The position numbers and the translations under genes are program-made. This document shows, piece after piece, positions 31,346 through 42,829 of a stretch of 64,000 bases of DNA. The notes below the pieces were generated by a model that was not told the DNA's origin, did no database searches, and was given only the letters and a program-made list of their open reading frames with translations. Each line of letters opens with the position of its first letter. Position 1 is the first letter of the stretch. Source of the stretch: an uncultured Nitrososphaerota archaeon (GTDB lineage: Archaea; Thermoproteota; Nitrososphaeria; Nitrososphaerales; Gagatemarchaeaceae); assembly GCA_963718895.1 (NCBI GenBank), contig CAVRAG010000008.1, positions 32,001 through 96,000 on the forward strand, in the 5' to 3' direction.

Positions 31346-32557
31346 ATGCCTGCCAAGACGCTGACGATGGACAACCTTGACCTGGAAGGGAAGAGAGTCT
31401 TCGTAAGGGTCGACATCAACACTCCGGTACATCCTGAGACCGGTGAGTTGCTCGAGCTGAGCAGGATCGAGGAGGCGGCCATAACGATTCGTGACCTGCC
31501 CAGGTCGGTCGCGGTGGTGGCTTCGCACCAGGGCAGGGTCGGAAGGTACGACTACATCTCGATGGAGAAGCACGCCAAGGCGCTCTCCAAGGTCCTCGGG
31601 AGGGAGGTCCGGTTCGTCCAGGACGTCTTCGGGGAGGCTGCGAAGGCGGCCATCGACGGCTCGAGCCCGGGGGACGTCATAGTCCTTGACAACCTGAGGT
31701 TCACGGCGGAGGAGAACGTCGAGTTCTCGCCTGCCGACGCCGAGAAGACGATCCTCGTCACGCGGCTGAGGCCCCACCTGGACGCCTGCATCCTCGACGC
31801 GTTCCCGACCGCCCACAGGTCCCCGCCCTCGATAGTCGGGTTCGCCGGGCTGATGCCCACCTGCGCGGGAAGGACCGTGGCAAGGGAGCTGATGAAGCTG
31901 GAGCGCATCTTCGGCATAGAGAAGGGCCCCTACGTCACGGTGCTGGGCGGGGCCAAGGTGACCGACAGGATAGAGGCGATCGACGCCTTGATAGCGAACA
32001 ACAGGGCAGACAAGATCCTGCTCTCGGGGCTCGTCGCGTTGGTCTTCCTCAAGTCCAAGGGCAAGTACAGGGGTTCGCTGCAGGTCGAGAACGAGCAGAA
32101 GATGCTGGTCAAGGCCCGAACGCTCCTCGACGACCATCCCGGGAGCTTCGAGCTGCCCATCGACGTGGCGGTGAGGCTCGACGGGTCGAGAAAGGAGCTG
32201 GACGTCTCGGAGGTGACCGAGAAGATGGCGGTCCTCGACGTCGGGAGCAAGACCGTGGACAGGTACTCGCGTTTCATCAAGGGAGCGGGGACCGTCTTCA
32301 TGAGCGGCCCTCCTGGGGCGTTCGAGTACGAGGAGTTCGCCTTCGGCACCGAGATGCTCCTCAAGGCGATGGCGGACTCGTTCGGCACGACGATAGTCAG
32401 CGGAGGGCACCTCACGGCCGCGCTTCACAGGTTCGGGGTCCACGACTCGATCGACCACGTCAGCACGGCGGGAGGGGCGCTGGTCCAGTACCTCGCGGGC
32501 AAACGATTGCCTCTTATGGACGCGCTCGAGAGGGCAGCCGCGAAGTGGAGCGAATGA
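31346..32557 (+). CDS. pgk: Phosphoglycerate kinase
   Basis: RVDINTP, SHQGR, LDNLRF, LGGAKV, VSTAGGA. Confidence 0.95.
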   Translation: MPAKTLTMDNLDLEGKRVFVRVDINTPVHPETGELLELSRIEEAAITIRDLPRSVAVVASHQGRVGRYDYISMEKHAKALSKVLGREVRFVQDVFGEAAKAAIDGSSPGDVIVLDNLRFTAEENVEFSPADAEKTILVTRLRPHLDACILDAFPTAHRSPPSIVGFAGLMPTCAGRTVARELMKLERIFGIEKGPYVTVLGGAKVTDRIEAIDALIANNRADKILLSGLVALVFLKSKGKYRGSLQVENEQKMLVKARTLLDDHPGSFELPIDVAVRLDGSRKELDVSEVTEKMAVLDVGSKTVDRYSRFIKGAGTVFMSGPPGAFEYEEFAFGTEMLLKAMADSFGTTIVSGGHLTAALHRFGVHDSIDHVSTAGGALVQYLAGKRLPLMDALERAAAKWSE

Positions 32558-33747
32558 TCAGAGTTGGCATAAACGGCTACGGAACAATCGGAAGGCGAGT
32601 AGCTGACGCTGTGGGGCTCCAGGAAGACATGGAACTCGTCGGCGTCACGAAGGCGAAGCCCGACTACAGGGCCACCATGGCGATCGAGAAGGGCATTCCC
32701 GTCTACGTCGCCAACAGCGAGCACGGCGCGGCCTTCGACAAGGCGAAGGTCCCCTACGCGGGCGCCCTCGGCGACCTGCTCAAGCTGGTCGACGTAGTGA
32801 TCGACGCGACGCCCGAGCTGGGAGCGGAGTACAAGCCCGTCTACGAGATGGCGGGTGTGAAGGCGCTCTTCCAGGGAGGAGAGGAGCACGAGCTGACCGG
32901 GTCGTCCTTCGTCGCCCAGTGCAACTTCGATTCGGTGCGTGGGAGGAACATGACCCGCGTCGTGAGCTGCAACACGACGGGCCTGTGCAGGGTGCTTCAC
33001 GCGCTCGACGAGCAGTTCGGCATAGTCAAGGCGCGGGCGGTGCTGGTGCGGAGGGCCGCCGACCCGGACGAGATCTCAAAGGGACCGATCGACGCGATCG
33101 TCCCCGACCCGACCACCCTGCCGTCGCACCACGGCCCCGACGTCCAGACGGTCCTCAACGGGCTCAAGATAACGACGATGGCGGTCAAGGTCCCCGTCAC
33201 GCACATGCACCTGCACAGCCTGATGGTCACGCTCAAGAACCCCCCGACCAGGGAGCAGGCGGTACAGGCCCTGCGCGACGCTCCGAGGACCCTACTCGTC
33301 ACCGGCAAGTCGGGGTTCAAGTCGACCGCACAGGTCGTAGATTGGGCGAGGGAGAAGGGACGGCCCCGCAACGACGTCTACGAGGCGGTGGTCTGGTCCG
33401 ACTCGGTCTCGATGGTCGACGATGAGGTCTGCCTCTTCCTCGGCGTCCAGCAGGAGGCGATAGTGGTCCCCGAGAACGTCGACGCGGTGCGCGCGCTCGC
33501 CAGCGACGTCGCGGCCGCAGACTCGATCAGGACGACCGACCTCTCGATGGGGATAGCCCACCGCGGGCTAGAAGTGCCCTTCGATGGCCCGCGGCCTGTA
33601 GGGAGCCTCGAGCCTCTTCACCTCGTCCGCCGAGAGCTTGATCTCGAGCGCCGCGACGAGCTCCTCGAGCTGCGCGGGCCTGCTCGTCCCGATGATGGGC
33701 GAGACCACGCCAGGCTTGCTCAGTATCCACGCCAGGGCCACCTGTGA
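32554..33747 (+). CDS. gap: Archaeal type II glyceraldehyde-3-phosphate dehydrogenase (true stop probably near 33570)
   Basis: INGYGTIGRRVADA, RVVSCNTTGL, QEAIVVPENVDA. Confidence 0.95.
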   Translation: MIRVGINGYGTIGRRVADAVGLQEDMELVGVTKAKPDYRATMAIEKGIPVYVANSEHGAAFDKAKVPYAGALGDLLKLVDVVIDATPELGAEYKPVYEMAGVKALFQGGEEHELTGSSFVAQCNFDSVRGRNMTRVVSCNTTGLCRVLHALDEQFGIVKARAVLVRRAADPDEISKGPIDAIVPDPTTLPSHHGPDVQTVLNGLKITTMAVKVPVTHMHLHSLMVTLKNPPTREQAVQALRDAPRTLLVTGKSGFKSTAQVVDWAREKGRPRNDVYEAVVWSDSVSMVDDEVCLFLGVQQEAIVVPENVDAVRALASDVAAADSIRTTDLSMGIAHRGLEVPFDGPRPVGSLEPLHLVRRELDLERRDELLELRGPARPDDGRDHARLAQYPRQGHL

Positions 33748-34548
33748 AGGCGTGGCGCCCTTCTCCTTCGCCACGTCCCTCAGCACGTCGAGGATGTCGA
33801 AGTCCTGGGGCTTGAAGAACCGCTCCTTCAGGAGCCTGTCGCCCTCGTACCTCCTGCCCACAGGCTTCTTGTTCCGGCGGTACTTGCCGCTGAGGAATCC
33901 CCGCGCCAGGGGGCTCCACGGGATTATGCCGACCCCGCGGCTCCTGCAGAGCGGGATCATCTCCCTCTCCTCCTCGCGGTAGGCCAGGTTGTAGTGGTCC
34001 TGCATCGAGACGAACCGCTCGAGCCCGAGCCTCTCGCTCATGTCGAGCGCCTCGGCGAACTGCCACGCCCACATGCTCGAGGCGCCGATGTAGTTCACGC
34101 TCCCGTCCCTGACCAGGTCGTTCAGCGACCGGAGGGTCTCCTCGATGGGCGATTCGTAGTCCCATCTGTGGATCTGGTAGAGGTCGATGTACTCGGTCCC
34201 CAGCCGCTCGAGCGAGCGCCTCGCCTCGTGCCTGATGTGCTTCCTCGAGAGCCCCTTGTCGTTCGGGCCGGGGCCCATGGGGTTGTAGACCTTGGTCGCT
34301 ATCACGAGGTCCTCCCTCCTCCCCTTGATGGCCCTTCCCAGGATCTCCTCGGACCTGCCTTCGGAGTACATGTCAGCCGTGTCGAAGAAGTTGATCCCGA
34401 GGTCGATGGCCCGGTCGATTATGGGCTTGGATTGACTGTAGTCGAGGGTCCAGGAGAAGTATCCTGACTTCATCCCCCCGAAGCTCATGCAGCCTATGCA
34501 GAGGCGAGAGACCTTGAGCCCGCTGCCGCCGAGTCTGACATAATCCAT
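33568..34548 (-). CDS. Aldo/keto reductase
   Basis: FFDTADMYS, IDLYQIHRWD, PWSPLARG. Confidence 0.95.
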   Translation of the reverse strand: MDYVRLGGSGLKVSRLCIGCMSFGGMKSGYFSWTLDYSQSKPIIDRAIDLGINFFDTADMYSEGRSEEILGRAIKGRREDLVIATKVYNPMGPGPNDKGLSRKHIRHEARRSLERLGTEYIDLYQIHRWDYESPIEETLRSLNDLVRDGSVNYIGASSMWAWQFAEALDMSERLGLERFVSMQDHYNLAYREEEREMIPLCRSRGVGIIPWSPLARGFLSGKYRRNKKPVGRRYEGDRLLKERFFKPQDFDILDVLRDVAKEKGATPSQVALAWILSKPGVVSPIIGTSRPAQLEELVAALEIKLSADEVKRLEAPYRPRAIEGHF

Positions 34549-34619
34549 GACGGCGCCCTCCCTGCAGCGGCGACCTAATCAGAGTTGCGCCGGCGCTTCG
34601 ACGTGCCGAATGCTGGCAA

Positions 34620-35432
34620 TCAGGGTCTGATATCGACTCGGGCGATCGTCCGCCTTCTCACAAGGGCGAGTGCCAGCAGCCCGGCCGCCGCGACAAGCGG
34701 TAGCGCAAGCCCGAACTGGGGCACTGAGGAGGTCGGAGGTGCGTTGGACCCAATCTGGGCGGGCGTGAATGCCGTCGTCGGTATGATCGCCATGTTGGCG
34801 GGCGAGCCGGTCGACCAGGCCAGGTCGATTCCGGACTGCGAGTCGCAGGTCTCAAAGTAGTCGACCTCGATTGCGTAGTTGCCAGAGGAGGCAACCGTGA
34901 CTGCGCCCGACGTCGCAGAGGTCGGAGCGTGGACTCCGCCATCGTCTACCACAAGGTTAGCCGCGGAGATGGTCGAACTCCCCGGCGTCGTGTTGATGTA
35001 GAGCCAGGAGCCGTCGTCGCTGGTCAGCTGGAAGTAGTACGTCGTGCCGGCAACCAGGAAGATGTACCCGGTCCACTCGGTGCTGAACTCCGTGTTAAGG
35101 AACGAGGTGCTGCCCACGGTGAATCCGGTCCCAGTCCCAGGTCCCGAGGCCGTGGTGCTCTCAACCCAGTAGAAGCCCGTGGAAGCGCCGTGGGCCACGT
35201 TGGGGTCGATCTCTGTGGCGGTCGGCGGTGCAGCGGAAGGAGTCCCGGCAGGGGGCGATGTCTCTGTCGTGCAGGTGGGCCAAGCCGCCATCGGGCTTCC
35301 GAAGAAAGTGCCCTTCCAGAACGCGGCGTACAGCCCGGTTGTGGGCGGTGCTGCGACCGGAAGCACAGCAAGAGCAGGCGTAGCGAAGAGGATCGAGATT
35401 GCAACCGCCGTGAGCATTGTCTTTCGGTTCAT
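34620..35432 (-). CDS. Secreted PA14-domain protein with PEF(G)-CTERM-like anchor
   Basis: FSTEWTGYI, LTSDDGSWLYI, IEVDYFE; tail VPQFG-TM-RRR. Confidence 0.85.
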   Translation of the reverse strand: MNRKTMLTAVAISILFATPALAVLPVAAPPTTGLYAAFWKGTFFGSPMAAWPTCTTETSPPAGTPSAAPPTATEIDPNVAHGASTGFYWVESTTASGPGTGTGFTVGSTSFLNTEFSTEWTGYIFLVAGTTYYFQLTSDDGSWLYINTTPGSSTISAANLVVDDGGVHAPTSATSGAVTVASSGNYAIEVDYFETCDSQSGIDLAWSTGSPANMAIIPTTAFTPAQIGSNAPPTSSVPQFGLALPLVAAAGLLALALVRRRTIARVDIRP

Positions 35433-35561
35433 AGGACGTACAGCGACACGGCTCTGTGTTAATAAGCTTCATGAAGTGCAGAGAAAGGCGGATGAATCTG
35501 AAATTCATGCATGAATGGTCGGGCTGGGACCATAACTTGGACACGCGCCCGATGGTCTGAG

Positions 35562-36773
35562 TTAGACCCTTGCAGCTGCCTCGGCTGCGCTCCTAAGCAC
35601 GTACCTCGGCGTCTTGAAGTCCTTGATGAGCGACTTCACCCTCTTCTTGACGACGTCCGAGGGCTTCTTGCCGTGGACCACGATCCCGATGAGCTCGCCT
35701 ATCTCCTCCATCTGGGCGGGGCCCATCCCCATCCGCGTCACCTCGTTGGTCCCTATCCTGCAGAGGTTGTCGATGATGATGTTGGACTCCTCGAGGCGCT
35801 TGGCGATGAACCCGCTCTTGGTCTTGTCGTAGCCGAGCAGGACCTGGTGCGACTTTGAGTACCCGTGGGAAGCGCCCCTGACGCTGACCTCGTGCTCCTG
35901 CAGGGACTTGCCGAGCGCCTGCGAGTTCTTGATGACCGCCTGGGCGTAGCTCTTCCCGAACTGAAGGAGCTCTGTCAGCGTGAGCGCGAGCGATGCCACC
36001 CTGTTCCAGTGGATGTTGTCGACAATCATAGGGTAGAGGTCCGCGGCCACCCTCTTGAAGACCTCCTCGTTGTTCCCGAGGATGATGCCGCCCTGGGGCC
36101 CCGGGAAGGTCTTGTGCGTCGAACCCATCAGCAGGGAGCAGCCCTCCCTGAGGGGGTCCTGGAACTCCCCGCCGGCGAGGAGGCCCATGACGTGGGACCC
36201 GTCGTAGACGCAGAGGGCTTCCTCCGCCGACCCGCATATCTCCTTGACCGGGTGTGGAAACGGTATGAAACTGGACCCGAAGATTATCAGGTTGGGCCTC
36301 TCGGCCTCGAGGAGCTTCTTCGTCTCCTTGGCGTCGATGTTCACGGCGTCCTTGTCGTAGGGGAAGTAGATGTCCTTCAGGCCGAAGAGCCTTCCAAGGC
36401 TGTCCTGGGTGAACCCCTGGTATCCGCCGTCGCTGGGGTTGACCGAGAGTATCTTGTCCCCTCGCTTGGTGAGGCCCTGGAGCACCGCCATGTCCGCGAT
36501 GTGGCCGGAGAGAGGGCGGACGTCCGCGAACCTCGCGTTGAAGACCTTCCTCGCCACCTCCTCTGCGAGAGCCTGGACCTCGTCGGTGAACCTCGAGCCG
36601 CGGTAGAACTTGTCCGAAGCCGTGTACCTGTTGCAGAAGTCGGTCGTGAGCATCCTCCTCGCCTCGGGGCTGGCGAAGTTCTCCGAGGCGATCAGGTTGA
36701 GGCACTCGGTGTTCCGCCACTGCTCGTGGAGGGTGACGGCGTTTTCGAGCCTCTCAAGATAGTGATAAGACAA
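35562..36773 (-). CDS. glyA: Serine hydroxymethyltransferase
   Basis: LNLIASEN, YDGSHVMGL, STHKTFPGPQGG. Confidence 0.95.
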   Translation of the reverse strand: MSYHYLERLENAVTLHEQWRNTECLNLIASENFASPEARRMLTTDFCNRYTASDKFYRGSRFTDEVQALAEEVARKVFNARFADVRPLSGHIADMAVLQGLTKRGDKILSVNPSDGGYQGFTQDSLGRLFGLKDIYFPYDKDAVNIDAKETKKLLEAERPNLIIFGSSFIPFPHPVKEICGSAEEALCVYDGSHVMGLLAGGEFQDPLREGCSLLMGSTHKTFPGPQGGIILGNNEEVFKRVAADLYPMIVDNIHWNRVASLALTLTELLQFGKSYAQAVIKNSQALGKSLQEHEVSVRGASHGYSKSHQVLLGYDKTKSGFIAKRLEESNIIIDNLCRIGTNEVTRMGMGPAQMEEIGELIGIVVHGKKPSDVVKKRVKSLIKDFKTPRYVLRSAAEAAARV

Positions 36774-36886
36774 GTTTTTGCGCTGTGGCCGCCAGAACAT
36801 CGTTATTTAAGATTGGGATTGCCGGAGCACGGCGAAAACTGCCCGAATTCCAAAGCCTCAAATGGCGGAGCGGCCGCCGGTCCCCT

Positions 36887-37901
36887 GTGAGGCTGGTCCT
36901 TGCGGGCTTCGGGGTCGTCGGACAGAGCTTTGCGGAGCTGCTCGCGCTCAAGCAGAGGGAGCTCGCCAGCGCCTACGGGCTCGTACCGAGGGTCGTCGCC
37001 ATAGTCGACAGCACCGGCTCCGTCACCGACGAGCGCGGCCTGGACGTCAGGAAGATGATAAGGTCAAAGAGGCGACGTGGCTCGGTCCGGACCCGCGGCG
37101 ACGGGAGGACGACCGCCGAGATAATCAAGCAGACGGAGGCGGACGTCATGGTCGAGACGACGCCCACCGACTTCAGGACGGGGGAACCGGGCCTCGGGCA
37201 CATCAGGGCGGCGTTCATCTCGAAGAAGAGCGTCATCACGTGCAACAAGGGGCCGCTGGGGGTCGCGTTCCACGCCCTGGCAGAGCTCGCGAGCCACAAC
37301 TCGGTGCAGTTCAGGTACAGCGGCGCCGTGGGGGGCGGGACGCCCATCCTGGACTTCGGGAGGACCTGCTCGATCGGGGACGAGATAACGAGGGTCACCG
37401 GGATACTCAACGGGACCTGCAACTTCATCCTGACCAAGATGGAGCAGGGCCACCTGAGCTTCGCGAGACGCCCTGGCCCTGGCGCAGAAGGAGGGGTACG
37501 CGGAGACGGACCCCTCGCTCGACATAAACGGGTTCGACACTGCCGTAAAGCTCGTGATCATCGCGAACCACCTGAGCCTGAGCAGGGGCACCATCAGGGA
37601 CGTCGCCGTGAAGGGGATTGCGGATATCTCGCCCGGGGAGGTAGCCCGCGCGGCCTCGAAAGGCAGGGCTCTGAGGCTCATCGCGACCGCGGGCGAGAGG
37701 CTCTCGGTCGCCCCCGCCATGATAGCCAGGGACGACCCCCTCTGCATCAGCGGCCCCCTCAACGCCGTCAAGTTCCACTGCCGGTATTCCGGGCCAAAGG
37801 TGATCGTCGGGAAGGGCGCCGGCGGGCCCGAGACTGCGTCCTCTCTCCTCAGAGACCTGATTGAAATACGCGGCTCGATGGGCGGGGGGCGTACGCCATG
37901 A
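36887..37901 (+). CDS. hom: Homoserine dehydrogenase (frameshift near 37468)
   Basis: GFGVVG, TCNKGPL, GILNGTCNFIL, GKGAGGPETA. Confidence 0.9.
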
Positions 37902-39344
37902 AGATCGTGATGAAGTTCGGCGGGACTTCGGTCGCCGACGGGAAGAGGATAAGGCACGTGGCGGCCCTGGCCGGACGGTTCTCGCCTGGGAACCAGCTGG
38001 TCGTCGTCTGCTCGGCCATGGGGGACGTGACGGACCAGCTCGTCGCGCTCACCGAGGAGGCCAGGAGCGGGGCTGAGAAGGCGGTCGAGGCCAGGCTCGT
38101 AGCGATCAGGGAGAGCCACGCAGCGGCGCTGAAGGAGGCGGTGAAGTCGCCCGAGATCGCGACGAAGGTCAGGCGTAGAATGGCCGAGACTCTCAACCAG
38201 CTGGAGCAGCTTGCCCGCGGGTCGACGATCCTCAGGGAGCTCACCCCGAGGTCGAGGGACGGGATACTCTCCTGCGGGAGAGAGGCTCTCGAACCCCATA
38301 GTCTGGGGCGCGCTCCTCGAGCAGGGGCTGGACTCGGTCTACCTGACGGGGGGCGAGGCCGGGATAATGACCGACGACAACTTCGGCGACGCCGCGCCCC
38401 TGATGGAGGTGACGGGCTACCAGGTCAAGGAGACCCTGGGCCAGGTCTTGGCCGAAGGGAAGGTCCCGGTCGTGACCGGCTACATCGGCGCGACCCAGGG
38501 GGGCGAGACCACGACGTTCGGCCGCGGGGGCTCGGACCTCACGGCCACGGTGATCGCTTCCTCCATCGGCGCCGACGAGGTGTGGATCTGGACCGACGTC
38601 GACGGCCTCATGACCGCAGACCCAAAGACCGTGCCCGAGGCGCGGGTCCTGACCGAGGTCTCGTACGCCGAGGCAGGCGAGATGGCCGTCTTCGGCGCCA
38701 AGGCGCTTCACCCCCGCACCCTCGAGCCTGTCGCCGAGAAGGGGATACCCGTCCGATTCAGGAACACGTTCAAGCCCGACCACCCCGGGACCGTGGTAAA
38801 GCGCGACCCGAGGGCCTACGCGAAGAACATAGTGAAGTCGGTCGCGCTGGTCAAGGGGGTCGCGATCATCACGTTGACCGGGGCGAGCATGGTGGGCCGC
38901 CCGGGGAGCGCGGCGAGGATCTTCGAAGTGGTGGCCAGGAGCGGTACCAACATCCTGATGATCTCGCAGAGCGTCTCGGAGTCGAACATCAGCATGGTCG
39001 TGAACCGCCCGTCCATGCAGAGGGCGGTGAACGCGCTGGAGCTCATGATGCTGGGGCCGGGAGGGCTCAGGCAGGTCAACTACGAGGACGACGTCAGCGC
39101 GGTCGCGGTCGTCGGCGGCGGGATGAGGGGCGCCAGGGGGATAGCGGCCAAGGTCTTCGGCGCCGTCGCCTCGAGCGGGATCAACGTGAGGATGATCGCC
39201 CAGGGCTCCTCCGAGCAGAACATATCGTTCGTCGTCCATGAGGCCGACGCCAAGGAGGCGGTAAGGGCGGTCCACAGGGCGTTCCGGCTGGACAGGCTAA
39301 ATAGTGGAAAGCTCGCTCCGTCGAAGCCGCAGAGCAACGATTGA
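37898..39344 (+). CDS. lysC: Aspartate kinase (frameshift near 38275)
   Basis: MKFGGTSV, GRGGSDLTA, WTDVDG, two ACT domains. Confidence 0.95.
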
Positions 39345-41150
39345 AGATTCACTACACCGTCTCGATGGGTCAGCCCGCGACGCACTACTTCCGGGTGGCC
39401 ATGAGGCTAGAGGGGCTGAGGGGCGCGCTCCCGAGCGACCTCCTCAGGCTCGCCATGCCGGTCTGGACTCCGGGTTCCTACTCGGTCAGGGACTTCTCGA
39501 GGAACGTCCTCGACCTCGAGGCGGTCGACGCCTCGGGCAAGAGGCTGCAGGTGGAGAGGGACGCCAAGGACAGCTGGGTCGTCTCGCTCGCGGGTTCGGA
39601 CGCGCTCGAAGTCACCTACCGGGTCTACGCCTTCAGGCACGACACGAGCCAGAGCTATCTCGACTCGGACCACGCGATAATCAACGGCGCGAGCGTGTTT
39701 CTTTACGTCGACGGCGAGCAGAGCCACCCGCTCACCCTTGAGGTCGTCCCCCACGAAGGCTGGTCGGTCGTCGCCACGGGGTTGGAGCCCCTGGTTCCCG
39801 GCGGCTGGACGTTCGCCGCCCCGAACTACGACGTCCTGGTCGACTCGCCGGTCGAGGTCGGCGCACAGCTCGTCCACTCGTTCGAGGTGCGGGGCGTGAC
39901 GCATCAGGTCTCGATATTCGCGGCGAAGCCCATCGATGAAGCGACGTTCGTGGCCGACATCAAGAGAATCGTCGAGCACACCATCCCCATCTTCGGTGAG
40001 GTCCCGTACTCCAGGTACGTCTTCCTGGTCGACTTCACCGACCAGGGGTACGGCGGGCTCGAGCACCTGAACAGCACCCACTGCATAGCAGGGTACCTCA
40101 TGATGGAGCCCCCCTCGGAGTACAGGCGGCTCCTCGCGCTCTTCAGCCACGAGTTCTTCCACACTTGGAACGTGAAGCGGATGAGGCCCGTCGCTCTCGG
40201 ACCGTTCGACTACTCGCGAGAGAACTACACGAAGTCGCTCTGGATATCCGAGGGCATCACCAGCTACTTCGAGAACGTCATCCTCAGGAGGGCCGAGATC
40301 GTCACGGCCCCCGAGTACCTCGACTTCATCTGCGATGACATCAGCGAGGTCAAGTCCCTTCCGTCGAGCCGGTCGCAGACCCCCGAAGAGTCGAGCTTCG
40401 ACACCTGGATCAAGCTGTACAGAGAAGACGAGAACTCGCCGAACGTCTCACCCTCGTACTACCGGCAGGGCGCCGTCCTCGGCACGCTGCTCGACCTGGA
40501 GATCAGGAGGTCTACTGGGGGCGCGAAGGCGCTCGACGACGTGATGCGCAGGGTGTACTCCGAGACGTACAAGGCAGGGAGGGGGTTCACCGACGACGAG
40601 TTCGAGCGAGCGTGCACGGAGGTCTCCGGAGGGGCCGCCGAAGAGATCTTCAAGCGATACGTCAGGGGGAGGGAGGAGTTCGATCTCGACCGTTATCTGG
40701 GGTACGCGGGGCTCAGGCTCCTCCCCAAGTCCGCTCCCTGCGTTCCCGAAGGGTTCCTGGGGATCAGGATGAAGCCGGGGCAGGGGCTCACGGTCCAGAA
40801 CAGGCTCTTTGGGACCCCTGCAGAACTCGCCGACATCTCCGCAGGAGACGAGATAATCGCGCTCGACGGACTGAGGATGGACGGGCAGAGGCTGCCCTTC
40901 TACATCTCAACCAAGAAGCCGGGGACCGAGGTGGAGGTCCTGTCTTCGAGGGAGGGGATCGATCCGGCACACGAAGGCCCGAGTCGCGGAGAAACGGCCG
41001 CTCGAGTTCAGGGCGCAGAAGAAGGAGGGCGCAGGAGCCGAGGAGAGGCAGCTCTTCCGCTCGTGGACGCTCTCAGACTGGGACGCGCCCCTGCAGTACG
41101 AGGACCACAAAGTGTCGCCGGGCCGCTCTAGGCGGCTGGACTACTTCTGA
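39341..41150 (+). CDS. M61 family glycyl aminopeptidase with PDZ domain (frameshift near 40957)
   Basis: MPVWTPGSY, GGLEHLNST, HEFFHTWNVKR, EGITSY. Confidence 0.92.
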
Positions 41151-41155
41151 GCCGC

Positions 41156-41554
41156 TCAGGGACCGTCGGCCGGAAGCGTGTCCTTGATGAAGTCCCGGCG
41201 GATCGGAGTGAAGAACTCGACTAGCGTCGTGTCGGCTCCCGCGTCGATCTTGAGTCCGTGCGTGACGGAAGGGGGGATATAGTAGGAGTCCCCTTTCTTC
41301 ATCTTCCACGATTTCTCTCCCACCCTGAAGACCCCGCTCCCCTCGAGGCAGACTCCGTACTGCGCCTGGGGATGAGAGTGCAGAGGCACTTCGGAACCGC
41401 CATTGAGCTTGTACAGGGCTGCGGTCGCCCCGGAGTTGTTGACGAGGATCCTTCTCCGGACCCCCGGCATGAAGTCGTGCCATGACTCGGTCTTGTCGCT
41501 CCAGAATCCCGCCGCGTTGTAATCGTTTTCAGTCCCTTTCGTTGTGTTGGACAA
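41156..41554 (-). CDS. Cupin domain protein
   Basis: HSHPQAQ...GDSYYIPPSVTHG. Confidence 0.85.
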   Translation of the reverse strand: MSNTTKGTENDYNAAGFWSDKTESWHDFMPGVRRRILVNNSGATAALYKLNGGSEVPLHSHPQAQYGVCLEGSGVFRVGEKSWKMKKGDSYYIPPSVTHGLKIDAGADTTLVEFFTPIRRDFIKDTLPADGP

Positions 41555-41716
41555 TCGCGGACTGCGACTTTGGCTCAGCCTATATAAATTTCAGGCCGAG
41601 AAAGTGAGGGGGAGGCTCGGCGGCAGAGGCCGTCGGGACAGGGCCCATACCTCACGGTGGGCGATAATCGTAAAGAAGAAGCACTATCGGACCGCGTGGG
41701 TTAGACGAGTCGTCCT

Positions 41717-42034
41717 CTAGTGGCTTGCCTTTGATACGATTTCGGATGAGATCTCGTCGCGGGTCTTTCCCTCGGTGGAGATACCCAGCCGCTTTGCCGT
41801 GTCTATGAGGGTATCGCCTGTGCCGGGAATTGCGGGAGCAGACGCGACCGCTGGCGCAGGAGCGCCCGCCACGAGGGGGACGTCGCCAGACGCAACCTTG
41901 GATGCGTCGTTGAACTCCTTTCTCGCTAGGCCAATCGACTTTGCCAGTTCTGGAATCTTCTTCGGACCGTACATCAGGAAGACGATTGCCACAACTGCGA
42001 TCACTACCCATTGCAGTGGATCAGTTAGTGCCAT
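41717..42034 (-). CDS. tatA: Twin-arginine translocase TatA/E
   Basis: TM helix plus YGPKKIPELAKSIGLARKEF. Confidence 0.9.
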   Translation of the reverse strand: MALTDPLQWVVIAVVAIVFLMYGPKKIPELAKSIGLARKEFNDASKVASGDVPLVAGAPAPAVASAPAIPGTGDTLIDTAKRLGISTEGKTRDEISSEIVSKASH

Positions 42035-42211
42035 GCTTGAAACGGCGTTGCGAGGAGTTATTTAAGCGTTAGCGGGTCCGATGGGACCTGTGCTAAGTTG
42101 ACGGGTGATAAACAAAGGTGTTAAGCATTGGGCGATGAGAAAACGACAACTGACCACAAGCATGGACATATCCATGTACAATCGTCGCTGGTCAAGAGAT
42201 GACCGAGCACA

Positions 42212-42715
42212 TTGAGTAAGTCTCAACCTATTCTCGTTGCGCTTCTCACATCTTCGATCACATTTCTCCAAGGTGCTTACGTTTGGGTAATCACAGACAA
42301 TCCCATACTTGACATGTTCTACGGTGAACATGGGATAAATGGCATTGCAATTGCGTTAAGGGACGCTACCATCTCAATGACATGGCTTCCAAGTATGTCA
42401 AGGTTCCTCGACTATGTTTGTATGACAGTGCTGATTGTGGTATTTTCATCCGTGTATCTTCTCTCAAAAGGTTCGAGGCTTTTGGCTCTCCTCAATTCAT
42501 TCGCAGTATCAACATTCTTGTTGGTCGAACTTTCACTACTCGTGTACTTTTTCGATAACACCGACTTCTACGTTCACTTCACAGACTCCTCTCCGCAATG
42601 GTTCACCAATGAATTCGTCTTGGTGGTGTGCGGCGCTGCGCTCATGGTGTCTGTCTCTTTTGAGTTCTATGTTCGCAGAGTCAATCCTGAAATCTTGCGG
42701 AGGTTTTCAAGATGA
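42212..42715 (+). CDS. Hypothetical membrane protein, AT-rich
   Basis: About four hydrophobic helices; composition differs from flanks. Confidence 0.55.
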   Translation: MSKSQPILVALLTSSITFLQGAYVWVITDNPILDMFYGEHGINGIAIALRDATISMTWLPSMSRFLDYVCMTVLIVVFSSVYLLSKGSRLLALLNSFAVSTFLLVELSLLVYFFDNTDFYVHFTDSSPQWFTNEFVLVVCGAALMVSVSFEFYVRRVNPEILRRFSR

Positions 42716-42829
42716 GGTGCACCACCCGAAGGTCAACAGGCCTTGCCATCCCCCAGACACCTAACAGGACCTCCGAGGGACAGGGAAGTGGCGCGGCGCC
42801 GCGACCGGCTCCGAAAGCTGACCCTCCAC

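Noticed and set aside
33568-33747. Genuine 180-bp overlap of GAPDH with the aldo/keto reductase
   Set aside because: GAPDH homology ends near 33560; the extension is more simply a missed stop caused by an indel.
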